NCBI GenBank assembly: GCA_010356995.1
Contig: ML996697.1
Location: forward strand, 306,153-370,152
Reading direction: 5' to 3'
Length of the DNA stretch: 64,000 nt
DNA from: Trichodelitschia bisporula
Lineage: Eukaryota
The notes below the pieces were generated by a model. That model was not told the origin of the DNA and did not search any database. It saw only the letters and a program-made list of their open reading frames with translations. Shown piece by piece: positions 62,701 through 64,000 of this stretch. Every line of letters begins with the position of its first letter. Within the stretch, counting starts at the first letter, position 1. Position numbers and translations under genes: made by a program.

Positions 62701-64000
62701 CGACACACGTTGTCCGAAACACGCGTGCTGCAAGGCTCGTCCCACGATCGGCGGGCACAGCCATCCGAGTTCCGGGCTAACCAACCCGAACCGGCGGCGT
62801 GGGGTGTGGCCGCGAAAGTTGAACCCGGCGTTGTGGCCGGCGCGGGTATTCGCGGGAGCGCCCGTGCCGATCGTGACGTAGCTGGGGATACGGGCCGTGG
62901 AGCCGGGGGGCGATGGGGGATTTGCGTGGTGTGGGCTGTGGGTTGTGGTTGGATGGTAATAGGTGAGTTGTGGTTGGTGATGCATGAGTTGAGCCGAGGT
63001 TGAGGATCGAGGGGGGGAAAGGTGAGCGGATTCGGTGGTTGGACTTTGCGGATTGTTGGAGCCAGTTGACAATTGCTGGCAGGCTCGCGACCATGAAAGG
63101 GCGGTTACGCTGCGGTATGGCTGTTCCTAGACGTCCTCGATGGCGGCTGATATCGTGCTAAGATTCCTCATATAACTCATATAACTCATATAATGGGAAG
63201 TGCGTGCTCCGGCAACGGGGTATCGTCAAACGTGTCTGATATGCCGGGTGAGGTTGGAAAGGCCACGGAGTTTGATGGAAACCCGCGAACACTTGAAAAC
63301 GCGTACTTGCGCGTACAATCAGTCCTTGATGACGGACAGGCCGAGCCCAATTCGATATCAGAGGGCTTAAGATTCACTTCTGGTATGCATATGACGGCAT
63401 ATGTCTCCACGCTGGCGGATGAGGGTGACACCAGCATCACCACAGCATGTGTACAGAACAATGGTGCACGATTGACAGAAATGCGAAAGACAAAGACTGG
63501 AATGGCGGAGCACTCATGTCTGCATATAATACTTCCACATATCCTCCTTCCGAGCTTACGAAGGGTCCCTTCCAGTCTTGCCATATGTCACTTCCTCGGG
63601 TAAGAATGCTCCTTTCTTGATACACATCAGAGATACCCGTCACCTTCATATCACTGCATCCAGTACAGCATCCGTACCTCACCATCCTCGAAAAAAAATC
63701 GTCGCATGGTTTCATTCCCCTCAAGAAGCCCCGCAAAGTCGGGCGGCCGCAAGAGAGTGATTCGGCCCACCTTCACGACATTACTACGCCGCCCTGTTCT
63801 CAGCATCAACAACGTACCTGCAAGCAACCGACGTTACCGACCCGCAAACCCAAGCATTCAATTCCCCGCCGCAGCCAGTCAATCTTTCGCACCGTTTCGG
63901 ACTGATGAAGTCCTCGATCCCGACCTCAGCACGGCCCCGAGGCGTACGAGCCGGGCCGTGACCTGGGTGCTGACCCGCATCGGCCTGGGCGCTCTTGATA

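Noticed and set aside
59700..64000. ORFs upstream of the DUF2457 gene, including 63186-63603
   Set aside because: No motifs or splice-supported model; looks like UTR/promoter and unassignable sequence

Overview
GC-rich filamentous ascomycete (Pezizomycotina-type) nuclear DNA with short (mostly 42-55 nt) spliceosomal introns and one 100-N assembly gap. Conserved genes: Yta7-like AAA+/bromodomain ATPase (runs off the left edge), PDH protein X, a SET-domain protein, a C2H2 TF, the Agc1/Aralar carrier, a DUF6536-type membrane protein, a Zn2Cys6 TF, an Rdx/SelW-like protein, a NUC-1/Pho4 bHLH, a Yju3-like lipase, a DUF2457 protein, tRNA-Leu(CAG) and tRNA-Arg(ACG). Accessory stretches hold a HET pseudogene and lineage-specific ORFs. 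Three signals stand out. (1) A ~1.1 kb non-coding + strand region between YTA7 and PDX1 folds into many nested helices and ends at a non-canonical ATAAGC splice-like site; this is telomerase-RNA-like, but I found no CCCTAA template. (2) A cluster of related Cys/His-rich microprotein genes at 50.9-55.8 kb, with a distant relative at 17.9 kb, shares an ACCCTCAC upstream motif. (3) A secreted protein carries PHM/DBH-like copper-ligand motifs and a Met/His-rich insert ending at a Kex2-type site. All calls were made by eye; no database searches or folding programs were run.
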